Source: Hydrolagus colliei (Eukaryota). From it: 64,000 bases of DNA. The notes beneath the pieces were generated by a model. It was not told where the DNA came from. It did not search any database and saw only the letters and a program-made list of their open reading frames with translations. The position numbers and the translations under genes are program-made. Below are positions 1-11,900 of this stretch, in pieces. Positions within the stretch are counted from its first letter, which is position 1. Each line of letters opens with the position of its first letter. The stretch is taken from the NCBI GenBank assembly GCA_035084275.1, contig CM068770.1:1798001-1862000 (forward strand), read 5' to 3'.

Positions 1-103
1 CAGCCGTGAAGTGAATGACCGATTCGATTTGGGGGGATGGGGGTGGGGGGGGGGGGGCGAGGAATTGATCATCGGGGGTCTGGGAGAAACTTCCCCCTCT
101 TAC

Positions 104-450
104 GGAGTCCTGTGGCTCAGTGGTTAGAGCACTCGCCTTCCAAGCGAGAGGGCCCGGGTTTGATTCCCGGTGGGACAAAACGTTGGGTAAGTCTCCTTAC
201 TCCACAAGTAAGGAGACTGTTTGCTCGGTAGTAAATAGGCACGCGATTGTCAGTCGATTGGCATTAATAATTGCTTCAAAAATACATTCTGAAAACTAGT
301 TTGGCCTCTTAATCCACGGCCGTTTGAGGGACGCTGCTGTGTGCGATTGGCTGCCGCCTTTCGCCCCACGCAACACACGGGCTTCGCGAAACGCTTTGAG
401 ACGTCTCGATGACGCGATCGGGCGCGGCACCAAACGCAAAGGGCTACAGT
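104..450 (+). mobile_element. tRNA-derived SINE (CmiSINE-like), long variant, diverged
   Basis: A/B-box head (TGGCTCAGTGGTTAGAGC...GGTTTGATTCCCGG), mid segment ending GTAAATAGG...GTCAGTCGATTGGC, body GCTGCTGTGTGCGATTGGCTGCC, tail GCTTTGAGACGTC. Confidence 0.85.
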
Positions 451-1426
451 TATTGTGATGTTATTAAATGGCGCCATTCCGTCGCAAGCATTGCGCCCGT
501 ACAGGCTGACGTTTTCCTCGGTTTAAACGTCTCGACCGAAGGCCGGCACTTTGGAAAATACAGCGCCCACCACCCACACCATTAGATGATGCCGGTGTCA
601 GACCGAGTCCTTGTCTATTGCTATCTGCGTAACACTGTCTATTGGCAGTGGCGGTCTTGCAATTAATTGCAAGCTACACTCAGTTGTACAGGGCACAGAC
701 ACTCAGCAATCTGCAACACAGCATCAACCCGGTATCACTTTGCAATCATGCTTCGCTCTTTCAGGCAATTATCATAAATTCAAAATAGCAAACCCTCGCC
801 TGTTCCCTGGCGTAATTCTGCCTTATGTGGGCTTCGGAACGGCACAAAGGTCACCCTTGCTTTCACACTCGCGTGTCACGCTCGTTCGAACCTGAAGTGG
901 AATCCAAAAGGTGCTGTCACCTCTCGGTTTTATCCGTTGCCTTCCGAGGCAATCATGTCGTTTCTCCCGCGATCCGCACGTGTTCAAATGCCATTCTCAA
1001 CACACTCAGCACTAACAATGTAACACAAATATATTGGCTGTAGCGCGAGGGACTCGGTGAGCACACGGCACATCAGGAAGGGCAATTGAATTCTCTTTCG
1101 CTCTCTCTCCCCCTCTCTCTCTCCATCTCATTCACCATTTTGGATCTTACGTGGCTTTTGATCGTGCATCAAGTAGCCCCTCGCGCCCGATTTAACGCCG
1201 TGTCCCCCAGTCGAGACGTCTCAAAGCGCTTCACGGGAAATTCACTGCAAAGCCGATTGGCTGTGGATTTTGTGGGTGGGACGCGGGAGTCGATTTGCGC
1301 ACGGCAGTGTCCCAGAAATAGCCACGGGAATGAGTGACCAATTTTCTTTGGGGGAATTGATATTGTTGGCCAGGATAGCAGGAGAGAGCAACTCCCTCTT
1401 CGTTTCCAACAGTTACATAACCATAC

Positions 1427-1754
1427 TATTCCTTGCACTTGATATCGCGCTTTTCACGTCTTCTAGACGGTGTCTCAAAGCGCTTCACAGAACACACTGT
1501 AAGGTGAATTGACTGTATATTTGTGGGCGAGACGCAGTAGCCAATCGCGCACAGCAGCGTCCCCACAAACAGTCGTGGATTTGAAAATGACCAATTTATT
1601 ATAGTGTTTTTTTGGGGGGGAGGGATTATTATTAGGTGTGGGTGTGGATGTGGGATGAGGAAACTTGCCCAAGGTTTCGCCCCTGACCTGCCTCGATTCG
1701 AAACACAGGTCTCACGCTTGTAAGGCGAGCGCTCTAAACACTGAGCTACAGGAC
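1427..1754 (-). mobile_element. tRNA-derived SINE, short variant, full length
   Basis: Reverse complement matches the 45291-45617 copy from head to tail. Confidence 0.93.
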
Positions 1755-1764
1755 AACACGGGAT

Positions 1765-2005
1765 AACGTCCACCTGGACAGGGAGACTGGGAACTGATTC
1801 AATTTAACATTGAATCCAATGGACAGCACCTCTGACAATCCCACCCCAAAGTACTGCATCACCTTACACTGTCCCCCTGACACGATACAAATGTAATTCT
1901 CCTGTTGTTTTGTTGTTGTTGATTCCAAATCCCAAATTGGGTTGTGAACCCACAACCTTCTGACACAGAGGCGAGAGGTTTGCCTGCCACTGAGCCAGGC
2001 AGACA
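1765..2005 (-). mobile_element. SacSINE1/AmnSINE1-like Deu-domain SINE, 5' part
   Basis: Minus strand reads CTGGCTCAGTGG...CAGAAGGTTGTGGGTTCAC...CAGAGGTGCTGTCC...CAGGTGGACGTT, homologous to 31655-32035. Confidence 0.75.
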
Positions 2006-2529
2006 TTGTACCGTCGGGCACAGGAATCCACCAGAGAGCCAACGACAACATTTCGAGGGGCACGCGCATCCTACACTAAAATAAGTTTCATGATTAATTT
2101 CCAGATAATCCTAATCCTCATTGAGTCATTAATTTAGTTCTCTGTCTGTCAGGTGGAGGTGAAGGAACGATTTTCAAATGTTACTTTCCGTTGCCCTAGT
2201 TTACATTCCTTCTGCATCTAAATACAAACTAATTAGCTATTCATCTTGTTTGTAAGATGCTGATGGGCGCAAATTAGCCACAGCATTTGCCTAAACAACA
2301 TTTACTTCATTTCCAATTAATCTCATTTTGTGAGGCTCTTTGAGATGTCTCTTTTACGCGAAAGACACTATAAAAATATTACACAATGTTAATATTGCTT
2401 GTATTTCATATAGCGCCTCACCAACAGGAACAACCTCGACATCTTGCATTTATGAAGTACCCTTCATGTGGGCTAGGGTCATGAGTGCTGAAAAGTCACA
2501 TTGTACAATTACAGTATAATCGTACATTA

Positions 2530-2638
2530 TGATTATTATCCTTGCATTTGATATGGCGCTTTTTCACATCTTCTGGATGTCTCAAAGCGCTTCACAGAAT
2601 ACACTGTAAATTGAATTGACTGCATATGTGTCGACGAA
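2530..2638 (-). mobile_element. SINE 3' tail fragment
   Basis: TCCTTGCATTTGATATGGCGCTTTTTCACATC...CTCAAAGCGCTTCACAGAATA. Confidence 0.85.
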
Positions 2639-3022
2639 ATCAATCAATTAATCAATCAATCAATCAAAACTTACATTTATATAGTGCCTTTCAAGTCGAG
2701 GGGACATCCCAAGGCGCTGTACAGTCAGGTAGGGACAAGAGCAGGGTGAAGGTCGGAGGGGGGGTGGGGGGTCGGGGCAGGATGAAGGAGAGTAGGAAAT
2801 TGACTCTATATTTGTGGGCGAAACACGGCAGCCAATTGCGCACAGCAGAGACCCACAAACAGTCATGGATTGAAATGACCAATTTATTATTGTTTGTTTT
2901 TGAGGGATTATTATCAGGCGAGTGGAGTAAGGAAACTTGCCCAAGGTTTCACCCTGCCTGGAATTGAACCCGGATCTCTCTCTTGTGAGGGGAGTGCTCT
3001 AACCACTGAGCTACAGGACTCC
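2639..3022 (-). mobile_element. Chimeric SINE: tRNA head and body joined to an L2 3' end with a (TTGA)n tail
   Basis: Head at 2960-3022, body down to about 2797, then L2 3' UTR sequence (compare 17260-17350) ending in (ATCA)n on the plus strand. Confidence 0.8.
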
Positions 3023-3369
3023 TACATATTGTTCATTCAGTTGGAGATCTGAGGAGAAAGGGGGAGGAGATAGGGGGGGAGGCGACTGCAATCTTAGTTG
3101 TCTCATCAAAATGTCTCAAAATGCTTCACGGGATTTACTGTAAAGTGCAGTGTTTCTGAATTGGCCGTTTAAGTGGCAGCCAATTCCAATACATCAACAT
3201 CTCATGAAGAGCCTTGAGCGTTAAAGGGGCTTATTTTATTTGCGGGAATCTTGGGTGAAAGACAATAAATACTCCCTTCTAGTTCAATCTTTAACAAGGG
3301 TGGGGGCTATGGCTGGCGAGAGGGAGAGGGAGGGTGGGAGAGGGAATTGGGGGAGAGAGAGAGAGGGGG

Positions 3370-3560
3370 AATGTGACAGTACGCACGATCAAGGAGGGAG
3401 TGTCTTTCGGCGAGATTTGAAAAAATTGGGGGGGTGAGGGGGCAAGGCGGAATGGACTGGGCGGGAGAGAGTTAGGACCGAAGTGACTGAACGCACGGCC
3501 ACCGACGATGGAGTGGTGGGGACGAGGGACAATATGACGATACGCGGTTTAGCATCTCGT
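3370..3560 (-). mobile_element. L2 LINE 3' fragment, diverged
   Basis: Purine-rich plus strand with CGGCCACCGA...GGAGTGG, similar to the L2 copies at 19790 and 43900. Confidence 0.55.
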
Positions 3561-3569
3561 CTGGTGGAC

Positions 3570-3712
3570 TCGGACTCTGACAACGCCACACTCCCCGGGT
3601 GTTGCAAATGAGATCGACTGTACAAATTGACTGGGAATTCTTGCGGCCCATTTTAGCTTGAACCCACAACCTTCTTACTCAGGGGCGAGAGAGCAGCCAA
3701 CTGACTGACACC
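3570..3712 (-). mobile_element. SacSINE1-like head fragment
   Basis: CTTGAACCCACAACCTTCTTACTCAGGGGCGAGAG is the reverse complement of the head seen at 31655. Confidence 0.65.
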
Positions 3713-4463
3713 CGTGTGCATAACTACCTGCACTGGGGAACTGCTCGCAGGGTATCCACAGTCAATGAACAGTGTCTACAAGTCATCTGTTTGGCAGCTA
3801 ATGATTAGCCAAGAACTCGAAAAACCAAGTCATTTCACTTTCACAGACTCGCACAAAGCATGGAGGAACCCCTGAGTTCCTAGCACACTCGCTTAGCCTC
3901 CCTTCACACAAAGATGTTATACACAGCACTGAATATTCATTATGGGTATAAATATTCGTAATCTTATTAAAAATCTGTTCTCTTGGCTTTTGCAAAAATC
4001 CCACAAACGAGTTCAATCTGCCAGTTCAGACATCATTCACATCAACTACCTCTGCCACAGCCAGGGACAGACTAATTTCCCTGGAACCTGATTAGAAAGA
4101 TTTTTTTTTTGCTTGCGAGTTGGAAAATTCACATTACTACCTGGTTCTTTAAATTCATGAGTAGAGGTGTTTGGTGCGTTTGAGGAATGCAATTAATGTG
4201 TGGATTGTTTAAAGATCACCCGGTTCTGCCAACATTTTCAGAATCCGTGAGTTCGGAAAGCACGGAAATGATTCTGTCTGCCTCAGACGATTTCGAGGCG
4301 AGTCGGTTCAGTTAAGAGTGCGGTAAATAACAATCATCGCATTTAATACTGCACCTTTGGCTATTGTGACAATAACGATATTAATGATAATAATTGCATT
4401 TGTTACAGTGCCTCATCACGTCTTTGAGATGTCTCAGGACGCTTTACCAGAGTATACTTCACC

Positions 4464-4806
4464 GGAGCTCCTGTGGCTCAGCGGTTAGAGTACCCGCCCT
4501 TCAAGCGTGAGACCTGTGTTCGAATCCAGGCAGGTCAGGGCGAAACCTTGTGCAAGTTTCCTTACTCCACACACACACACGTCTAATAATAATCCCTCCC
4601 GAAAAAAACAACACAATCATAAAATTGGTCGTTTCAATCCACGGCTGTTTGTGGGGGACCCCGATGTGCGCAATTGGCTGCCGCGTTTCGCCCACAAATA
4701 TACAGTCAATTCACTTCACATTATGTTCTGTGAAGTGCTTTGAGACATCGATAAGATGTGAAAAGCCGCTATATCAGATGCAAGGATTATTATTATTATT
4801 TATTAT
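4464..4806 (+). mobile_element. tRNA-derived SINE, short variant, full length
   Basis: Head GGAGCTCCTGTGGCTCAGCGGTTAGAG, internal (CA)n, body, tail ending in (TTA)n. Confidence 0.95.
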
Positions 4807-5202
4807 AAACACGAGCATTTTAGATTCATGTTTGAAAGGACGCTGAAAGCAATTCCCTAAGTCGTGGGCCTTGCCTACCTGCGCTTAATACTTTCCAGAA
4901 TTAGGTAAGCAGGATGGTCTCTCCTGAGAGAGAGAGAGAGAGTGAAAAGCATTTCATTCCAATAATCTATCTCTGGAATCTCCATAAATAGGTGGGAGGC
5001 ATGGAGTTCTCAGCTGGGTTTGGAGACTTTTAAGCCATTCACAAGTCTGACCAAAATAAAATCTGCCTTTCGCGCTGACATCTCAGGGTGTGGGGACTAT
5101 GTTTTGCAGGCAATAATTTCCTCACTTTCCCTCATTTTAGCCTGCAAGAAGCAGGGATTTTAGCCTCTAAGCCCTTCATGAGATAGGCAACGCAAATATA
5201 TC

Positions 5203-5415
5203 TAATAATAATAATAATCCTTGCATTTGATGTAGCAGCTTTTCACATTTTATCGACGTCTCAAAGCGCTTCACAGAATAAACTGTAAAGTGAAGTGACT
5301 GTACATTTGTGGGCGAAACGCGGCAGCCAATTGCGCACAGCGGCGTCCCCCACAAACAGCCGTGGATTGAAACGACCGATTTTATTATTGTGTTGTTTTT
5401 GTGGACGGATACCTA
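5203..5415 (-). mobile_element. SINE, 3' two-thirds
   Basis: (TAA)n TCCTTGCATTTGA...GCAGCCAATTGCGCACAGC...GTGGATTGAAAC. Confidence 0.9.
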
Positions 5416-5499
5416 ATCCGGGTTCCAGGGCAATGTACATTGTTGCTGCCCTCCCCACCCATCCCACCTCCAACCCTGTCTAATTTAGATTTACATGAG

Positions 5500-5785
5500 G
5501 CCCCTCTTAGAGGCACACGATATTTGAAATGAGATGAAAAAATGGTAAATCCGGGAACATTTTAAGATTGCAATGGAGGCAATTTCAGGTCAGACACCAG
5601 GAAGTTGATCGTGAGCTACAGGGTAATCAATATCTGTAACTGTTTGCCGGAAAGTGTGGTTGCAGTCAGGACATTGGGATTCCTGCATAAGAAAAACAAC
5701 AGCTTGATGGTGTGATGGGAGGACAGAAGAACGGTCTGGCGAGAGAGGGATGAGACCAGACAGGCTGAATTAAGGGCCTTCTTAA
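5500..5785 (+). mobile_element. CR1 LINE 3' fragment, old
   Basis: CAGGGTAATCAATATCTGTAACTGTTTGCCGGAAAGTGTGGTTGCAG (decayed RV..WN.LP..VV.A coding) followed by a GGCTGAA...GGCCT tail. Confidence 0.6.
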
Positions 5786-6332
5786 TCGAAACTAATCTTG
5801 AGATCTTCTGAAGTATCCTTCAGGAATTCTGCGCTTACTGCCTGTCCGTCTCGCGGCACAAAAGCCGCCGGAATTGAAGCATTTCGTAAGGAAATTAAGC
5901 CCCTGTAACTTTGTTGATTTGAAAGCCTCGATACGCAAAGTGGAGTGCCTGCGTTGTCAGCACCTCCAACACAGCGTGTGCTCATTAGTAACACGTCTAG
6001 TGTTCTCAGGACATCGGTAAAGACCAGGGCAACCGGAGAGTGACCTCGGCTACACAGCGAGGTCTCTGGTTAATGATTGCACCGGCGATGTCTGCAAATG
6101 GGATGCTTGAGACCCAACAATGCCCGGCAAGTCGTTCACCTCGACCTGATTACTGAAGGAACAGTCCCGCCGCGTGATTATCTGAGTCTTAAGAGACAGA
6201 AAACGATTCCGCGAAATGAAACGAGAACGACAGCTGCTTTCCCCCCCCCCCCCCCCCCCCACAGCTTTCCAAATCAGCCGCGGCGTTAGCTTTCAGAACT
6301 GCCACGCCAAGGCACTCCTTCCTACGAGGAGC

Positions 6333-6366
<34 letters not shown>

Positions 6367-6679
6367 GAGAGAAGGCACTAGACTTGAGAGGATTCAAGCA
6401 TTTTATCCCTTGCATAAGAAAATACCCTGAAGATTCATTATCCCAGCAAAATGAAACTGCAACAATATTATTCACTGTTGGTTTGGTTTTACTGGCTCGT
6501 TCAGGCAAGGTCAACTGTGACACTGTCAACCAGAACCCACTCCCGACGGATAATTTCTGCATCTGTCCATTGCACATGCAGATTATTGTCTTCGGTTCCA
6601 GTCTCACTCAGGCTTTCAGGACATTCATTTGTTCCATTCGCTCCGTGCTCGCTTGCTCCCCACGTTACCTGGGGAGTGT

Positions 6680-7100
6680 GGAGCCCTGCAGCTCGGCGTT
6701 TAGAGCGCACGCCTCGCGAAGCGAGAGGACCCGAGGTTCGATGCCCAGCCTGGCAGGGCGAGAGCTCGGGCAGGTCTCCTCACTCCACGCGCCTCTGTTC
6801 ACCTCGCGGTAAGTAGGGACCCGGCTGTTGGTTGATTGCCAGATCGATTTTCCGGTTGGAGCATAAAAATCCCTTGAAAAATAAATAAAGGACGAATAAT
6901 AGTTTGATCACTCAATCCACGGCTGTTTGTGGGGACGCTGCTGTGCGCAATTGGCTGTTTGTGGGGACACTGCTGCCGCGTTTCACCAACAAGATACACA
7001 GCCAATTCATTGTACATTCTGTATATTCTGTACAGTATATTCTGTGAAGCGCTTTGAGACGTCTCAATGACCTGATAAGGAGCCGGATCGAACGCAAGGA
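6680..7100 (+). mobile_element. tRNA-derived SINE, long variant
   Basis: Head, GCCTCTGTTCACCTCGCGGTAAGTAGGGACCCGG mid segment, body with internal duplications, tail. Confidence 0.88.
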
Positions 7101-7194
7101 ATGTTACCCTTGTTAACACCTCGGCGGCTTTGCTCGACACCTCCCTGGGGGTCGAGTGGCTGCTTCGAGGAAGGGGCCAAGCTCTTTCACGATT

Positions 7195-7480
7195 TGCTTG
7201 CCGTCTTCCGCTCCATTTTCCGCGGTCGTGCTTCAAGCCACGATGCTCCGAAAAGCTGTGGAACTCCGCCTCAATCCCTCCGCCCTGCTCGCCCCCCCGT
7301 GCCTGCCCACCTTCGTGTCCCACCTGAAGACTCACTTGTTCGACCACGTTGACAATCACAGCCACCCCCCCCCACCCCCCCCCCCCAGCCTCTTCCCTCG
7401 GTACGGCCTCCAGCTCGCCATCGTTAAGCACCCCGAGACACGACCCCACACACGAAGAGCGCAGGGTGTAACTACAAGTT
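7195..7480 (+). mobile_element. L2 LINE 3' fragment
   Basis: GGTCGTGCTTCAAGCC...CTGTGGAACTCC...CTGAAGACTCACTTGTTCGAC (LWNS..., LKTHLFD). Confidence 0.75.
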
Positions 7481-7489
7481 ATTTTCGCT

Positions 7490-7855
7490 GTTGATATGAC
7501 GCCTCATCATGTCATTGAGACATCTCAATGCGCTCCACAGAATGTACTCTTAAAGCGAATTGATTGTATATATTTTGCAAAAGAAACGCGGCAGCCGATT
7601 GCACACAGCAGCGTCCCCCACAAACAGTCGTGGATTGAAAATGAACAATTTATTATTCTTTCAAGGGCATTATTACCCCCCTGGAACAGCTATCTGCTAA
7701 TCGGCTCACGACAGGGTTGCTAGTTACTGCGAGGTAAACACAGGCTTGCGTGGAGTAAAGGGAAACTTGCCCAACGTTTCTCCCTGCCGGGAATCGAACC
7801 CAGGGCTCTGGCTTTGCCAGGCGAGCGCTCTCGCTGCTGAGCTACAGGAACTCCA
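7490..7855 (-). mobile_element. tRNA-derived SINE, long variant
   Basis: Tail, body, TTACTGCGAGGTAAACA mid segment, head ending CTGAGCTACAGGAACTCC. Confidence 0.88.
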
Positions 7856-7898
7856 CACCTCTGCAGGGAGGAAACCAGCCAGATGCCAGGTATCTATG

Positions 7899-7940
<42 letters not shown>

Positions 7941-8804
7941 AAGAGAGATAGAGAGAAGAGAGAGAATGCACAGCTCTCTGCCATGGCAACCTGTACTTGC
8001 TTCCAACCAAAACCATGGCAACCTCACCCACTCAGTCCGGCCGCCGTGAGCGTTTCTGCTCACAATCCAATTGGAGTCCAACATTTCGGCGTTCGAACCC
8101 TCTCCCTCCCTCGCTCTCTCCGATCTGGTTCACGGGCCCGTTACGCTCGCTTAGCGCCGGGGCGATAGCGATAAGAGCAACGACAATTATCCTGGCATTC
8201 CATCTCGCGCCTCGAGACACCCCGAGACACCTTCACGTGGGCCGTGAATCGATGGACTGCGTCTCGCGTGAGCAAAATGCACGATCGAGCGAATAATCCC
8301 TTCTGCTTCGAAAGCTCCGCTCGGCCCCTGTTTTCCCCCCCCCCCCCGGCTCTGAACACCCCCGGTGACCTGATTTATTCTCCTCAAGTGACTTCGGAGC
8401 TTCGGGTGAGACGTGTTGCGTTTGTGCCTGTTAAAGATCCCTTTGAAAAGACGAGCGAGTTTCTCCCAAGGTCCTCGCCAACAATCCCCCAGATAAAAAC
8501 TGGTCTTTGGCTTGTACAATACGGGCAGTCAGTCCTGCAGCTCACAGCAGTGAGAGCTTCTCCAGGGCTGATAAATAATCACGAGAAAAATTGCTGGCTT
8601 GTGGGACACCGCTGTGCGCAATTGGCTGCCACGTTTCGCCCACGAAACATGCAGTCAATTCACTTTACAGTATACTCTGTGAAGCGCTTTGAAACGTCTT
8701 GAAGGTTTACCAACATAACGCGTAGTGACTGCACTTTACATGGCTCTGGGAGGAAAACTGCTGTGAGATCTGTGATGTGGTCTGTGGGCGAATCAGTGAC
8801 TCAT

Positions 8805-9099
8805 GGCCACGAATTTAAAACAGTTTCAAAGCGAAGCAGAGGGGGAGATGAGGAGAAATGTTTTCACTCAGCGGGTTGTTCGAATCTGGAATGGGTTGCC
8901 TGAAAAGGTATGGAGGCCGATTCGATAACAGCTTTTAAGAGAGAATGAGATCTTTAGTTAGGGAGAACAGGTCTGTTAGGTTATGGGGGGGAGAGCTGGG
9001 ACAGTGGGATTAAGTTGCTCTTTTCAAAGAGCCGGCACAGACTAGATGGGCCGAATGGCCTCCTTTGGTGCCATAAGATTCTACGATTCTATGATTCTA
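8805..9099 (+). mobile_element. CR1 LINE 3' end
   Basis: TTCACTCAGCGGGTTGTTCGAATCTGGAATGGGTTGCCT (FTQRVVRIWNGLP), GATGGGCCGAATGGCCTCC and a terminal ATTCTAYG-type octamer repeat. Confidence 0.93.
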
Positions 9100-9969
9100 A
9101 GTGGATCAGGAATTTCTCAGCGTTTAGATTGTGTGAACAAAGAGAAAGCCTTGACAACACAAAGAACGCTATTTGATCATTCGCTGTAACAAGGCAGAGA
9201 AACGGGTAATTGGATACCTGTGGCTGAAAGTGCTTAGGGCTATCATTACACATAAGATTCAGGTTACACTAAAACGAAATATCTGGCCATTATGTGCTAA
9301 CGACAATAACTATTAGTGCTTATTGGAACTTGAAATCAACCTTCCGATAGTCCATCGTTCAGGTCAGACCTAGCAAACCCACAAGTACTTAAGGAATTAG
9401 AGTGAAAATGGGGGTTTGAGTTGTGACAAGGTTTCACAGCGAGGTCGCCGGTAAAGATGGGCAAATGGCTAATATTATTTCAAGAAAGGTCAGCCGAACG
9501 AGCGTGGGAATTATCAGCCTGTCAGACGATCGGGAAACCGGCGGGATTGTGTTGGGCAAAAGCAGCGAGTCGCGCGGAGTGCACTTAACAGGAATGAACG
9601 GAACGATTCCGACAATTTGGGACTTAACGATTCCTTTTCGTCCTCGCTGGGACGGCTATCAATCGCCTTGGCTTTCCCGAAGGGTGTTTGAATGCGAGGT
9701 TTGTGTCGGCGCAGAAAGCTTTTTACGACTGCAAATTGGCTGATGGAAGCCGGAGAGGATCAAATGACTGGCGTTTACTTCAATCGGGCGGGTGAGAGCA
9801 AGAGCGCACACCACCGCTCACTCGTTGGTTAACGTTGCGACCTGTTGTTGCTCTGATATATGTATCGCCTTGTTTTGCGTGGCTCGTGCCAAGGCAATTT
9901 AATGTACAATAGTGACACAGAGACAGGATTGCGGCAATGGTTCCCATTGTCACAACCAGCCCCCAAGAC

Positions 9970-10340
9970 GAATAATAATAATCCTTGCGTTTGATACAGC
10001 CACTTATCATGTCTTCGACACGTCTCAAAACACTTCGCAGAGTGAAGTGAATCGGCTGTACAATTTGGCAATCAATGACACACGACGATGTCCCACAAAT
10101 AGCCGTGGGTGCAGTCTCACCAAATTATTATAGTCAATATTTTTTTGGGGGGAACGGAATCGTTATTATCGCTGGAAAAAGCCATCCACCGAAACGTTGA
10201 ACAACCGGGTCGCTAATTAGCGCTGCGCAAACGCAAGCGCGTGGAGAAAGGAAACTCGCCCGAGGTTTCGCCCTGACAGGAATCTAACTGAGGTCTCTCA
10301 CTCGCGAGGCGAGTGGTTGAACCACCGAGCTACAGGACGC
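9970..10340 (-). mobile_element. tRNA-derived SINE, diverged
   Basis: Tail TAATCCTTGCGTTTGAT through head CCGAGCTACAGGAC. Confidence 0.8.
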
Positions 10341-11555
10341 CACTTTGTTTAACTGGTGTAGAAAAGTTTCCACAACCCTAGCTAAAAATGTGTGTGTGTG
10401 TGTGTGTGGGGGGGGGGGGGAGGAGGGGGGCGGGGTTTCCCCAAAGGTGGGTCAATTTGCGGGGTTCGTTGTGTGAGAACGCACAGTAGATACGTCCAGC
10501 AGTAAACCAATCGCTCCCTGGGTACAGAACTGGATGCTGTATCTAGGAGTGGATGCTGCCTGAAAAATCACTGTAATTAATAGTGTTGGCTATTGTTCTA
10601 AATAGATTGATATGTCATATTTATAATCTAACCCGAGTTCCTCCGCCAGTGAAATATGGTTTCTTTTGTTCCTGTGGCAGAAACACACACTTTTCCTCCC
10701 CCCCCCCACCCCCCTTTTAATAAAAATGCCTAAAATTTGATACGCAGATTTTCAGATTAAAACACCTCGATGCGTATAACACAATGACACCATGAAAGGT
10801 AGTTCCATGTTAGGCACTCAAACAGAACAACTGAATACAAAGCACGCACACAGTCACACCATTCACGCTGTAGTCGTTTCGAAAATGCTGAAAGGTGTCG
10901 ATGGACTGATAAAGCAAGGATTGCTGTAAATGAAAGGCATCAAAGCAATGTCCACGGAACCTCAGATAGGCACAGCCAGCACAGGAGGAAGGCCGTTTGA
11001 CCGAGTGTGTTAGTCAGTGTTGGCGTTTGATCCGACGAGATAGTCTTGTCCCAATTCCCCCCCCGCCCCGATCCGCTCGGACAATTGCGAAGGGAGGAAC
11101 AGTGGCAGACAGCAACACTCGTTGGAGTTCCAGAGGAACGAACGCTAACTTGCATGTTTGCAGCGCCCGACACACAGGGTGGCATCTCTCATCGCTGAAC
11201 GCGAAATTCCCTGCTGGAATGTAAAAATGATTCATTTCATAACCAAACTGCTCTGCTCTGCTCTGCTGTCTGTCACATCTCCCACCTCGGGGACAGGGAG
11301 GCTCACTTAAAAGGACAAACCGGGGCTTTCAACATGTAGCAGAGAGCAGGTCTCTTATTCCTCGAGTTGGTTGGCGCGGCTAATTATCCCTTCTGTTCCG
11401 CGCAACCACGCAGCCAGCCCGCACGAGGGGACGTCCCGCCTCCCTCACTGTCGGGCCAAGTTACCGCGTGAAGGAGGAAGACTTTGAAGCCGTTTGTTTC
11501 ATCTGTTCCCCACGGTTTGGGGGTTTTGCTGGGATTATTATTCTCTTACCACCGG

Positions 11556-11900
11556 TGGAGTCCTGGAGCTCAGTGGTCGGAGCGCTCGCCTCGCAAGCAA
11601 GAGGACTTGGCGAAATGTTGGGCAAGTTTCCTTACTTCACATGCCTCTGTTTACCTCGGACTGTACAGCAGTAAGTAGGAACCCGGGTGTGAGTCGATTG
11701 GCGGATAATAATCCCTTCAAAATAATTTTTCAAATTAAATTCTAATAGTTTGGTTATTCAATCCACGACTGTTTGGTGGGACGCTGCTGTGCGCAATTAG
11801 CTGCTATATTTTGCCCACAAATTATACAGTCAATTCACTTTACAGTGTATCCAGTGAAACGCTTTGAGATAGGCCACTACATTAAAAGCAAGAATTATTC
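11556..11900 (+). mobile_element. tRNA-derived SINE, long variant
   Basis: GGAGTCCTGGAGCTCAGTGG head, GCCTCTGTTTACCTCG...GCAGTAAGTAGGAACCCGG mid segment, body. Confidence 0.88.

Noticed and set aside
104-180. tRNA-like sequences here and at every SINE head
   Set aside because: Each continues into SINE body and lacks a poly-T terminator; not tRNA genes
460-570. Possible terminal inverted repeat ends of GC-rich DNA elements (also near 35590, 53570, 58805, 63935)
   Set aside because: Could not pair ends or identify target-site duplications by eye
4501-4846. Recurrent peptides such as [17 protein letters not shown] and SVKRFETS in many ORFs
   Set aside because: Translations of the same non-coding SINE, not a protein family or a CRISPR-like array
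6428-6460. CTGAAGA...GAAAC hammerhead-like spacing
   Set aside because: Helix II closing pair is absent (U opposite U) and no flanking helices were found
6216-7449. ORFs of 198 and 216 aa
   Set aside because: Built from a (GA)n microsatellite, SINE and antisense L2 sequence
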